Assembly: GCF_006345805.1 (NCBI RefSeq)
Contig: NW_021832227.1
Coordinates: forward strand, 310,001 to 374,000
DNA from: Octopus sinensis
Taxonomy: Eukaryota
DNA length: 64,000 bases
Reading direction: 5' to 3'
A program made the position numbers and the translations under genes. The notes beneath the pieces are model-generated. The model was given only the letters and a program-made list of their open reading frames with translations, did no database searches and was not told the origin of the DNA. Shown here in pieces: positions 26,003-38,267 of this stretch (the first letter of the stretch is position 1; each line of letters opens with the position of its first letter).

Positions 26003-29000
26003 AATTTTTTTGAATTTTTTTTTTTTGATAAAATATTAGTTTTTTTGGGCCAAGAAAAAAAAAATATCAGTTAATAAATTCGGAGAAGAGATTGATTTGA
26101 GAAATCAATTGAGGAAGCCCGCTGCCTGTATGGAAAGCGAGTTCCCTCGGAGTATGGCTATTCCGATCCTTTGTCTTAGCCATACTCCTTCACGAGGATC
26201 ATTCTTCTTTGTGGCGAGCATTCTTCCGAGTTCGCGCAAGAACTCGGCAGTCGCTGGGCCAACTGCTCCTGATGACTCAGCCGCAACAGGGGTGAATCTG
26301 TAGCGGTCCCCGAGGAAGGAATATTTTTTGGTTTTAAGGTTTTCCGCGATTGAGGCAGCTGCTCCAGGTGTCTGAACCGATTTAAGGAGATTCGTGCTTG
26401 AGTAAGTATCGACGCAAGTTGCGTCCCAGACCAAAGATCGTCCGGAGTTGAAAGGGAAAAGAGTCATCCCGTCAGGTCTCTTTCCATCACCTCGATCGAG
26501 ACCCACTGTTCAAGCTGTGCTGGGAAGCCTGCAGCCTTCAGAGCTCTGACGATCACGTCGTTCAGAGCGGCGTGACGTGGTCCTCTTCCGGCGGATCTCC
26601 TGCAGGATAGCGGGTGCAATCCCTTCGCATCGACCGTTTTCCCGCAGCGGCATCGGTGCTCCTGGCAAACGTCTAGTCCAAGTCTTTGTCCGATTCCAAT
26701 CCTCAAAGAATCGTCGTCCAAAAAAGTCCCGAGATTTGGGCAAGGGATTGCACCAAGCCATGCTCCGCTCCCTCCACTTGAGGCTGACACCAGGCAAGCA
26801 AGACGATGTTGATTTGCTTCTTTTTTAAGCCCTTCTGAAATTTTGGAGCAGACAATGTTATCCCAGTTCCTTTGTTTCGTTGTGTCTTCGGGGATTTTGA
26901 GTCCTGACCCGTTCCAATCCCGGCAAGCTTCATCAAATGACTCATTCCAGCGAAGTCCAATAGTGTGACGAAGGACTTGCCGTGTCAAATGGTTGCAGCT
27001 TGAGAGAGACGAAAGATATGCCGGGTACGCGACCTCCAGCGCCGATCTTAGACCGACACCCCCAAATCCAGAGGGAAGCTTACATTGCTTCCAACCGAGT
27101 TCGTCGAAGCGGACGTTGATTAGTGACTCAACAGTTTGTTTGAGAGATTTGTCTATCGAAAGTAGACTGTCGTAATGTTCGTGGCAGGGTGAACTTCGCA
27201 GTAGGTATAAAAGCTTGGGTAGTCCGATGTTGTTTCTCATCAGGAAGAAGGATGTGTGAGAGTCGAGGCATGACAATCTTTTTGCGAGGCGAGATAATTC
27301 TTCATTTTTAGAAAGTAGATGGTTCCTGAGTTCGTCTTCACTGAGTGGACATCCAAGGAAATATAGTTTATCAACTGGCACAGTCGGGATCCCGGGAAGC
27401 AGTTCGTTGAAAAACTCCTTGATAGAGAGAAAGTCGGTGTTTGAGTATGAGACATTTATTAACTCTGATTTGTTAATATTGATGTCCAATCCCAAGTGTT
27501 TTAATGCGGGAAGTGCTTGACGTAAAGAATTGTATGTTTCCTCGAATGATCCTCCAATTGTGGCATCGTCGAGATACCAGAGATTTAGTTGTGCGTCAAT
27601 TGATCTCACAACATCATCAATTGTCAGGGCAAATAAGAGGGGTCCGAGCGGATCTCCCTGCTGGACACCAGTTTTTGATTTAATGATTTCATCATCAAAA
27701 ACCAGAGACGTATCTTCTCCGTATGACAATTTAACAAGAGGGAAAAGCATGGGAGCCCTCTTCCAACACGTTTCCATAATGGAGTCTCTTCTGAGAGAAT
27801 TGAATGCATTGGTTATGTCCAATTTGATTCCAATGCATTCGTTTGCAGTATTCTTCTGTGTGAAGAAACGCCTTGCTGCATGAACCGCTGCCTCACATCC
27901 GTTCTGGATACTAACACCCATTTGTTCTGGGAAGAACTCCGCACCGAGTGGGCGGCTCACGAGGGTCGAAGCAATCTTCGCTGCGAGTCTTCTGAAATAG
28001 TTTCCGACCGCAATGGGGCGGATTCCTCCGTTGGGTTTTTTGAACGCGAGTAGCCTTGCGGAGAAGAGCAATTCTCTGGCATACTCCGGGATGTCGCCAT
28101 TCACCATTTTCCTTATTAGGTCCGTGATCGATTTAACAAGACAGCGTCCTGCTTCCGAGGTGTAGGTGGACGTTAGGTCCTTGATATGGCCGGGGCGTAA
28201 CCCATCCAAGCCTCCGCTGCTGCTAGCGGCAAAAGAAGCGATTCCGTGCCGCACTTCTGATTCGGTAATCATAATCTCTTGGGTTCCTTCAGGATTCGAG
28301 AACTTTACATAATCACTCGGTGCACTTGGGTGCTTCTGAATTAAGGTATTCAGGACCTCGGGGGTGCTAGACAGCACGGTGTCATCGGACGTGATAACCC
28401 GTAGGGCTGCCCGCACATCGCCCTCCAGAAGTTTCCGATTCACTCGCTCCTTCAGTTTGTTGGGGGCATCTTTGGTGAATGCTCCTCTGGTTTTGACCGC
28501 ATTGGCAATAAGTGGCTGTTCAAGTATTGCGTGTATGCTATGACTGCCGAAATTCAATATGCTTCCTTTCAGTTTCCCGGTTAAGTTTAGCCGGGGGTTT
28601 GTTTCTTTACTCTGGTTATCAGATTCCGTTGTAGGTGTTCCGAGTGCAACAGATGCGAAGCATATAAGTTTTAGCCAGGATTCCCAGCTGTCAGAGGACA
28701 GTGCGTTGTCAATGAGGTCTGAAAGGCACGTTGCTGCGGCAATACGTGCTCCTTTTGGGATTTTTACTGGGATTTTCCTGGCTTTCCGGAGGTTCGAGAT
28801 CTTCAAGAGAATGTGGTCAGTATGTGGTGATGTAAAGTTTGGCTGAGCTGTTGTTTCCCGCCTGGGGACCTCGTTTCCAATACAAGAGGGGCACTGCCAG
28901 CTTGACAGCGTCTCGGCGCAGGCTTTGCTCATTTTTATGCAGCCCAAATGGGCGAATGATTCACATGGCGTGCAGTTAATTCCAAATTTCCTGATATTCG

Positions 29001-29137
29001 ACTGCCCACAAAAGAGACATGCCCGAGTTGTCCTCAGTGGCTTTGTTCCTCGTACTTCGTCTTCGCTTCGTTCTTTATTTACCATCTGAGGTTTCCGTTA
29101 ATCACACCACAGCACACTTTTAAAATTTTTTTGAATT
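26003..29137 (-). mobile_element. Full-length CRE-clade retrotransposon: PHD-RT-CCHC-RLE, 14-bp TSD, poly(A)
   Basis: Identical aatttttttgaatt at 26003-26016 and 29124-29137; T-run to 26026 is the poly(A); ORF 29085-26105 broken only by a 1-bp deletion near 26509. C4HC3 PHD, QQGDPLGP, YLDD, CRC..H..SC, RPDG..WD..K.KY. Confidence 0.95.
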
Positions 29138-29477
29138 AAAGAAAAAAAGGGGTTTAAAAAAGTTTTGGAATGTTTGACAAAGCGTTGCTTCAATAATGGA
29201 ATGAAGATTTTTTGAAACACCTAAGAGTTTTCCCTAAGTTTTTTACTTTTCTTTGAAAGTCAACACTAAAAAATTTCCGAAATGAAATATGAGCCAAGTT
29301 AAGTAGAAATTTTAGTCTGAAAACATTGTACAGCGTAAAATATTAAAAAATATGAATAATCGCAGCTGCCTAAATAAAGATTTTCAGAATTTTATCATTA
29401 CATATTGTCACTTACACGTCTTTACTAAAATCAAAACACAGTGAAAAAACCAAATTAGTGTAACCAAGAAAGAATTA

Positions 29478-30769
29478 TTAGTTTTCCTGATTAGCATCGG
29501 CTACCCACAAACCAGAATCAACACACCTCTTCATGTGGTATTCTGCCTCATCAGGGTTCATAGAAGATATGACAGACTTTAACATCTCGACATCACGCGA
29601 TTCAAAACAACTTTGCAGAGCCTTAAATATAATAAAACTTAACACAACAGGTGGCAAAGTCTCAAAAACTTCTGCCGGGTCAAGTCCTCCTGGTCCAAGC
29701 ATTTCTCCCTTCTCAAGAACTCTCTCTTCGATAATTTCCTCCTCTGCTTCTTCCCGTCTTTCTAAAGCACGTTTTCGAATTCTGGCTCTAAAGGCTATCA
29801 ACTCATCGTCAAAAGATTTTTTGTAGACTTTTAAGCTTTTATCATTACTCACGTTGTCGTATCTCGTAATATTTCACAAATAATCAAACCGTTGGAAAAA
29901 CGGGCCAGCACATGAGCGCGGATCTCGCTTCAACTGAGTAGCCAATTGAAGAATAAACTGAAGGACGATCACTTGATGAGAAACGTGGTCTAACAAGTCG
30001 AATTTCTATGTTTAAAAAAATGTCCCTACTTCGTCCATTGCCAAATCAATGCACCAAATCACTAGCAAACTGCAAGCTTCGTCACAAATGAGGTGCGTGT
30101 TTTCTCTTAGAAATTCCCTGCTGTCGTTCGAACGACGAAGAAAGCCAAATTTCTTTACAAGTGGCATGTAATTTTCTTTGAAACTTTTCTGAAAGAGTAA
30201 AGAAAACTTATTTACAAGGCTCTCAGCTTTCTCTTCGTCTGTTTGTTGTTTAGGAATATATTCCTCCACAGAAGAAAATACCTAAATTTATAGGACTGAT
30301 AATAGCTACCGTTCTGGATGTTTTTTCCTTATTAATCGTGTCGACATTGAGAGGAGTTTTCTTCTTTTCGACGTCTAATTCGGCCTGTCTTTTGGCTAGA
30401 TCTTCTCCTTGTATTTTCAGTTCTTCAAATTTATTTTGCATCTTTTCTCTCTCCTAAAAAATCCAAAAAACGAATATTGCCTGACAGTCGGAAACAGATT
30501 CGATTTTATCCTTTAATTCAGCCAGTTTCTCTTTATGCCTGTCATTTTATCAACTATTACGACTTTACTTTTTGGTTTCGGTAGCAAGCTTCTGTTCCTT
30601 TATTTTCTGTTCTTCCATTCTCTCGAGCCTGGCTCGATGCCTCCATCTAAAGAGACTTGGAGTATCTATGTTTGGATGTGTGTCATCTTCATCATCGGAT
30701 ATCTTATTTTTACATTATTTGATCTATTACTTCTATGTTATTCCATTTAGAATAGTCAATATTTGACAT
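29478..30769 (-). CDS. CDC37: Hsp90 co-chaperone Cdc37
   Basis: [13 protein letters not shown]|[22 protein letters not shown] across a 28-nt intron; LVIWCIDL; [28 protein letters not shown]. Confidence 0.95.
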
Positions 30770-31179
30770 GATGGTATCACAAAACGTAATAATTATAAAA
30801 TTCAAATAATTAAAAATAATTAACAAAATATTTTTCCATTTTCAAAAAAATATCGCTATTTTAACTTAATTCATTTCATTTTTGTAAAATTTGTTTTGTG
30901 AAGTATTTCTTTTGTATCTTGATTGCCAAAAGTATTTTTGGGATTTCCAACGTATATTAATACAAAAATATTCGTAATTGCTAAAATCCTAGCTGCTAAA
31001 ACATCAGTATAAACAGATAAGACAGAAACAGAGTTTAAAGATTAATATGTATTGATCACAGTCAAAATTTTTGAATTCTAGGTTTTTTAATTGTTTAGTA
31101 TGTCGGCCTTAGGTGTGTCCTTCAGATCAAAAAGTAAATCGTGGAGCACCTAGATGACATGCCTGTCAGTGACCTAGAT

Positions 31180-32617
31180 CAGTGGTTCCCAACCTTAAGG
31201 TGCTCGCGGAACCCTTTTGGGCTAATTTATTTTTTGCGGAACCCCTCCAATTCAATTATTATAATTTCACTTAAAACATAATAGTAATAACCAAAAACAA
31301 TTTTAATGTGAACATTGAGGTAATTTTTTATCATAGCATAGTTGCGTAACGTTAGGAGTTATTGTTGACAACTGTATCCTCATATCAGCGGAAGCATTGA
31401 GTTTATTTCTATATTTTGTTTTGGTGGATGTATATATTGAAAACCCAGGCTCGCATAAGTAAGTCGTTGGAAAAGGTAATAGTTTACGTATAGCCTTTTC
31501 TGAGATATCTGGATATTTTGAAATGTATCCCCTCCAAAAATTAAAAAGGGATTCATTTTTATATAACTGATATGACGCTGATTCTGATGTCAAATCAATA
31601 AGATGTTCATATTCAATTGATGTTAGATTTGCTGGTATTACTTTAACTTTGAATGGGTTTTGAACCCAATCGTCATCAAATTTACCCGGAAAATATTTCG
31701 CAATGTTATCGTCCAAAATCATCAAATGATCTTTGATGTCCTGAAGAACTGTATTGTCCAATGATGATTTTGATTCTTCGAGATACTCTTGTATCGAAAG
31801 GGTATCGAACGAAAACCAATAAAACTGCCAATCCTTCAACATCAGTAGATTCATCAATTTGAATAGCGAAACCATTCGAATTATTCAAACGAATTAGTAA
31901 CTGTGTTTCAATATTTTCCGAAAATTCCTGAATTCGCCTTGAAATAGTATTATTTGACAAAGGAACAAGATCCAGTTTCTTAAACATTTGTTCGCCATAA
32001 ATACACTCGATGATTTTTTTTGAACACGGCTTTATAAGATTTTCGGCAATTGTATGTGCCTCTCCACAACGTGCTACAAGATAACTCACCTGTTTGATTA
32101 AAATAATTATATACTTCATAAGATGCTCTGGTCGATTTTAAATTGTCGTCTTTCGCAAAATTGGACATTTCCAACTTGCACCTTGTAGATGCATTTAATT
32201 TGTTTTGAAAAAAGAAAATATCTTTATCCTTTAAATGAGGATGCTTCATCAATAAATGTCTTAATAGTTTGGCAGAAGAAGAGATGTGTTAGATATTATA
32301 TGATGGCGTATTACACATTCTGCCGTATGTGGTAAATCAGATCCATTCTGAGAAAACCCATATGAGAGGTAGCTTTCATCATATTTTTTTTCTAAAATTA
32401 TAATTATAAAAAAACCTTTTTTGAATATTTTTTGAAATCTCTTATGCAATTATTGTTTCTCATTAAAAATCTTATAAAATTGACCAACTAACTCAAAAGA
32501 GAAACAAGATATAAGCGTGGATGTTTAATATATTTTAATAATTAAAAACTATTATTAAATAAATATAATAAATTTCGCGGAACCCCAAAACTGGCTCCGC
32601 GGAACCCCAGGGTTCAC
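31180..32617 (-). mobile_element. hAT Buster-type (ZBED5/SCAND3-like) DNA transposon, internally deleted, one end lost
   Basis: Terminus cagtggttcccaacc at 31180 preceded by accTAgat; subterminal gcggaaccc repeats at both ends; GEAHTIAENLIKP, LSNNTISRRI, FAIQIDESTD, LLPFPTTYLCEPGFS. Right TIR cut off at the adjacent retroposon. Confidence 0.92.
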
Positions 32618-32625
32618 CGAAATAG

Positions 32626-33130
32626 GCGATTTATTTTATTTATTTATTAATGACCAAGAGACCAGGGTAAGCCAGTAAATTATAATCCCCGTGAATCCCC
32701 GATCCTTTTGAAAGGTTCGATCTTGCCCACGTGATCGGACTGAGACGACAATGTCCCAGGGTCAGAGTTCTAGAAGTCCTTTTTCGGTAGGCATTAAGTG
32801 CCTCCTGAGCGTTTTCATATCTGATTGAAAATTATAACTGACATGGTGGACCCCATAATGCCACGCTAAGACCGGAAAGAAGGTAAGAGATGATTCAATT
32901 TAGGTTTGGGTAATGAGGACGTTGATTCAATGTAAATTTGATTGCGTCAATTTTAGCTTTGCTGGAAATGTAATCTCATTCCCATTGGCGTAAAATGTTG
33001 GATAGAATGGCCAAAAGTTCACAATCTCAAGAGATAACCCGGTCCTCTTCCAATCCGGAGGAGTAACGTAGGATTTGGGTAATGAGGACGTGGAAATTGG
33101 CGCTTGAGAAGAAAAAAGTTAGGGAGGGTC
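32626..33130 (-). mobile_element. 3' end of unclassified retroposon with (TAAA)n tail
   Basis: About 240 bp homologous to 34405-34655 (shared tttttcggtaggcattaagtgcctcctgagcgtt and actgacatggtggacccc); tail at about 32630-32648. Confidence 0.6.
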
Positions 33131-33149
33131 ATGTCTAGCGGCGAACGTA

Positions 33150-34380
33150 GTCTAACTCCACCAAAACGTAGAGGTAATTTGCACCAAGTCTATTTACCAT
33201 CATCAAAGCATATGTTTAGAATTTTTTAGCGGCCAATTTCAGAGAAGTATCGAGCAATTGAAGCATGTCAGATTGTATTGAGCAGTTTGATGTTCGCAGC
33301 AAGTATAGGAGTCCTGGAAACATAATCTTTACTCAAAAATCCGTAGTGAGTATCAGGCAACATGAGTTTATTTGTAAAATCAGTCACCCATGGGCGCGCC
33401 AAGGAAAAAACATAATCAATGGGTGTGGTTGTCAGTTTCGGTCGAACAAGATATATTTATAAGCTTGCACTTGCTGACGTTTACTCCCAGTCCGATTTCG
33501 CAATCGGCTTTTCGTACGGCGTAGATCGAGAGAGTCGCACTGCTTAACTCCTGTGCACGATTTAATGATTTCATTTCCAAAAAGGAGAGAGCTGTCTGAT
33601 CCGTATGCCAAGTGAACCAAGCCGATATTATCGGGGGCCTTTCCATGCAGGCTTTGAGGATCATATCTCTTCTCAGGCTGTTAATTGAATTCTTAATGTC
33701 TAGTTTTATAGCTAAAATTCCCGGATCATTTGAGTTTCTTTTTTACGAAAAGAATTCTCTGGTTGCATGAACATAAATCCATTTAGAATTTCCATACCCA
33801 GCTGAAGTGGCGAGAGTTGCAGCTGAATCTCTGTGATGCCCTCCGTGAAGTGATTTTGGCAGCAGGTCTTCTGAGAACGTTTCCAATAGCAATAGGACGT
33901 ATCCCACCGTCTTTTTTGTCGAAGGCAAGGAGATGGACACTAAAAAGGAGCTCCCTAGCGGTCAATGGAATGTCCCCTTCGATTATGCGGTGGACTAAAG
34001 CAGTAAGCGCTCCAGCCAGAGACCGGCCAGCCTCATGGGCGGAGGCCGAAACCAAGTCCTTTAGATGGCTAGGACGCAAGCCGTCGAAACCACCGCTGTG
34101 CCCCATTGAAAGAAGAAATGCATGCGAGGATCTCCTCCAGAAGTACTTTCACATCCAGCGAGGATTTTATGAAGTGGAACGGCCACACATTTTCGGGGCC
34201 GATGGGTGCTTGCGCTTGAGTAGATCCAAGGTGTCGTCGGCAATATTGTGCCGTCATTGGAGATAACCCGGAGTGCTCCCCGGAGGTCCCTCACCATGAA
34301 TTTATGAAAAACTTCTTCTCTGACCAACTCCTTTTCATCTCGCAACAGTGGGTGGACAAGTTCGTCTTGCGGATCAGGCT
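33150..34380 (-). mobile_element. CRE-clade RT fragment
   Basis: SGGFDGLRPSHLKDL, LLAFDKKDGGIRPIAIGNVLRR, GVKQCDSL, GVNVSKCKLIN. Confidence 0.88.
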
Positions 34381-34384
34381 GACC

Positions 34385-34790
34385 AATTATTATTATTATT
34401 ATTTAAAGACCAAACACGGGCAAGCCAGTTAATTATAGTTATTCCCGTGATCGCCGATCCAAACGAGGGAGATCCTTCTGAAAGGTTCAATCCTTCCCGC
34501 AAGATCGGCCTGAGACGACGATGTCCCAGGGTCTGAGAAGCTAAGAGTCCTTTTTCGGTAGGCATTAAGTGCCTCCTGAGCGTTGCCATATCCGAAGGAA
34601 TTTCCAACTGACATGGTGGACCCCGTAACGCCACGCTAAGCCCGGAAGGTAAGAGATCCCCATTTCCAACTGTGTCGTGGCAGAAGTACTCGTTGCCTCA
34701 CGGGCAGGGGAACGATAACGAGAATTTGCCCCAGGATGAAAACTGGCCTCCTTCGGAATCGAACTCACGACCGTCCAAATCCATTATCCA
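34385..34790 (-). mobile_element. 3' end of unclassified retroposon with (TAA)n tail
   Basis: Second diverged copy of the 32626 element; (TAA)5 tail at about 34386-34402. Confidence 0.6.
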
Positions 34791-34879
34791 TAGCTTAGTC
34801 TTAATTCATCAATAAGGCCTTCAAGAAGGGATTTTAAATTTGTTTTATCTGGACTACAACAGTGTATAATTTTCTGGCC

Positions 34880-35285
34880 ATTAGATGTAAAATTTCAAGT
34901 ATCTGAAGTGGGAATTACATCGCAAAAAAACTCAGGTGGAAAAATTACATAAATGCAATCTTCTGGCTGGAGAACTAAGAATATTTTACGGGGCACCTGT
35001 GAAGATTATTCCAATTGTGCTGACATGGGATAGGGTGGTTTCAACGTGCTACAAAGCCTATATGGAAAATTATCCGTTGAAGGCCCGACGAGAACATATA
35101 TTCAGGCACCTGTGACAAAGAAAACACTAAAAAGCATGGTGGTGAAACATAGGCATGACATTCATACGACTCAAGAAGAATTCATTACGGCAACCGGAGT
35201 CCAGCAAAACTTAAGGATATATCCAGCCCAAACAAAAACAATACGTAAGTTCCTAGATATAATGATGCAAATCAATTAGATCAAT
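34880..35285 (+). mobile_element. R4/HERO-like RLE 3' fragment
   Basis: EVGIT..QVEKLHKCNLLAGEL..VKIIPIVLTWD..RTYIQAPVTKKTLKS. Confidence 0.8.
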
Positions 35286-35291
35286 AATATA

Positions 35292-36950
35292 CAGTCCGAC
35301 CTCTAAATGGGGCACTAAGTGCCTCAAATCAGAGGTTTCCCCAAAAAAGAGGTTTTTCAAAAAGCTCAATAAATAAAGAAAAAGAACATTATTTTTAAAA
35401 TAATCAGTTAATTTTTCTCCATATTTATATTTATTTTTAATTCCTAACGACACTTTCTTTCTGAATTCATAAAAATCATGAAGAGAATCTGGAATCAAAT
35501 CAAAGATGTTTGTCTCTAAGTTTTCCATCAAACTTAAAATTTGTGATATTGATGTTCGCAGCTTATATTCTCATAGATATTTGGATCATTATCTTCTATT
35601 TCATCAAAACATTTATCAATAACATTATTAAATATTTCTTCAGATGATTCATTTATGCAACTCGAGTCTGATGGAGATTGTCGAAAAACCTTTTGCCAGC
35701 AGTTATAAATAATATCCGCAGATACATTATTCCAAGCATCTGAGATTATTGTTACCACTTGCCGCAAATTTAATTTGGATAAAGACTCTATAAACAAATC
35801 CTGGTCGTCTTGAAAACATAAAAAATCAATTAGACAATTCAAATAATTATCCTTGAAATTTTTAATGATTCCAGCATCCAATGGTTGAAGTATTGGTGTC
35901 GTATTTTTTGGTAAAAATAAAAAATCAACGTTGCTAAATGTCGATATTTTGTGGCAAGCAGCGTTATCTAATAACATTAAGATTTTTCTTTTTTGAATAA
36001 TCATTTTTTCATTAATTTTTTTGAGCCAGGATATAAAAATGTCTCTTGTCATCCACGCATTTTTGGACGAAGAGTATAAAATTCCATAAATTTCGGGAGA
36101 AAATTTTTGAAACATCTAGGATTTCTATATTTTCCGATTATTAATGGTTCAAATTTTTCTCCAGTGTAACTACAGCATAGATGAAGAGTAACTTTATCTT
36201 TACTCCTTTTAAAGCCCCGTGCCGAATCACCAGTTTTCACGAATGATTTACATGGGGTAAGTTTGATAAAAAGAGAAGTTTCGTCACAATTAAAAATGTT
36301 CTCCTTTCCATATTGTTCAACTTTGATATTTAATTCTGATAAAAAATTGAAAATTATCGCATGATCAGCAGATGCGGATTCGCCTGACAATGTTCGGAAT
36401 TTTAATTCATGCCTCTGCTTGAATTTTTCTAACCATCCATTTGAAGCTTTAAACTTGTTTAAGCCCATTCTCGAAGAAACAGTTAGGGAAATTTTTTTTA
36501 AAAGAGTTCCAGAAACTGGAACATTCTGATCCCTTAGACGCTGAAAAATATCAAGGACTTTTTCATCAGATCCGTTTTTATTTTCACTTAATGATGAGGA
36601 AAGAAATCCTTTTTTGATAAATGGAAGAATATTCTTTTTTATACGAAAAATAGTTCCCTTGCTAGTATTGTACATTATGGATAATCTCCTCTCAGAATGT
36701 TCTTTCTTTAAAAGATGATCAGCAATCTTCAACTTGGTTTCATAATTCAAAGGCATTACACAAGAAATTTGAAATGAAACGTGTCTTAAAATATTAATTT
36801 TTTAAATTGGTATAATTAATTTTATTTAATAAAAAATCAATGCCCCAAATAGAGATGTTAAAATTAATTGATTTTTTATAATTTGGTTAAAAAAATTTAT
36901 AATGCCCCAAAACAGAGTTTTCCCCAAAAAAGAGGTGCGTTATCCTGATA
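35292..36950 (-). mobile_element. Tigger/pogo-like DNA transposon, near-complete transposase with one frameshift
   Basis: TA|cagtccgacctc terminus at 35292; HTH FKASNGWLEKFKQRH; DDE region IFNCDETSLF, NAWMT, LLDNAACH, QPLDAGII; frame switch near 36100; right TIR degenerate. Confidence 0.92.
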
Positions 36951-37081
36951 GACTACCCAAATTTTATGAGGAATCTTTCTAGAGGAGACCACGTGCGTAC
37001 TATGCTAATGATGATTTAATCCAAAATCTTTGAAGGTATTACGCTCAATTAAACATATTTAAAAGAAGTATAAAACTATTT

Positions 37082-37751
37082 TTATTGACTTACTAAAGGA
37101 AACTTTAAGGATAATTTCCTCCTTAAGTGAGAAGTGTCGATTAAGGAGAGACTTTCTGTGGTGTTTTGTCCCCCACATGCCACCCACATGTTACCCAAAG
37201 TTCCTTCAAATCCATTAGTCTGTCTATGAGACTTAGTAACATATTCCCTAGCTTCCCAATAGAATGGAAGTGTTTCATTTCCATCAAAAAATTGAAGAAG
37301 TCCGAGTCGGTTTTCTTCTCTCATGACATTCAATTTTTCGATTATTGCTAAACTAAGATCCGAAAAGTCTGAATCTGAATTCAAAATGCGTTCTATCCTT
37401 CGCATGACTTTAGCGTCTTGAGATAAGAAACGAACGAGGGATTTAATTGGGACATTTATCATTGCAATTGAAGATCGAATAAAAATTATTTCTTGTGGAG
37501 AAACTGGAAAGAATGTAGAAAGAAGTTGATCAGACCATTCCTCACAATTTCTGTGATTAAACTAAATTGACACCTTTTCTTTAGCATCATTAGCTGCCTT
37601 TTAGCACAAGATGTGATCAAACAAATTGAGCGTGATCCAACAAAATTTTTATGTTCAATAATAGAAGGCAGGCTTACTTTCTTTTTTATGATACTAAAAA
37701 AATATAAAACAAATTATTTTACGGGTCCCAATGTATCTCGTCATAGTCCAT
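37082..37751 (-). CDS. Spliced orphan gene, about 205 aa
   Basis: ATG 37751, a 29-nt intron (37694-37722) and a 23-nt intron join in frame to ORF 37082-37462: MDYDEIHWDPIIKKK..LPFYWEAREY..GTLGNMWVACGG. No family recognised. Confidence 0.6.
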
Positions 37752-37944
37752 TTCATCTTTGTATTTCAAGGGTTTATTTATAGTCGGTAGAAATCTTGCA
37801 CTTTTATGATTTGAAAAAAACACGTTTCTGTATTTAATAAAAGAGTACCACATAGACTTGTTAAAAAATTAATTAAAAATACTTTAATAAAATCATTATT
37901 TAAATAAATTAATATTTAACCTTCTAGAGAAAATAATTTCATAT

Positions 37945-38060
37945 GGAAGAGTGAGAAATACGCTGGAATTGGGAATGGCAGAGTGTTTGTCCCCCTGGCT
38001 GTTGAGACGTCAGGAATACAGGGGCCTTCTACTCGGAGTCTACTCCAGCGGATTCCTTAA
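37945..38060 (+). mobile_element. Tiny CRE RLE remnant
   Basis: KSEKYAGIGNGRVFVPLAVETSGIQGPST. Confidence 0.65.
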
Positions 38061-38267
38061 AAAGTTCAGAATGATGAAACTATCTGAATCATTTAAATTT
38101 GAAAATTAATTTGTATTTATTAATATAACTGGTCTCAGATTACGTTTTTGGCGAGGACCAAATGGAGCTCAAGTACAGAGGTTATATCTTAATTGTTTTT
38201 GTAATGTGAATTTAATCAAAGTATAAACCAATGGACCTTTTTTATTATGCGCTTCAAATATATTTTT

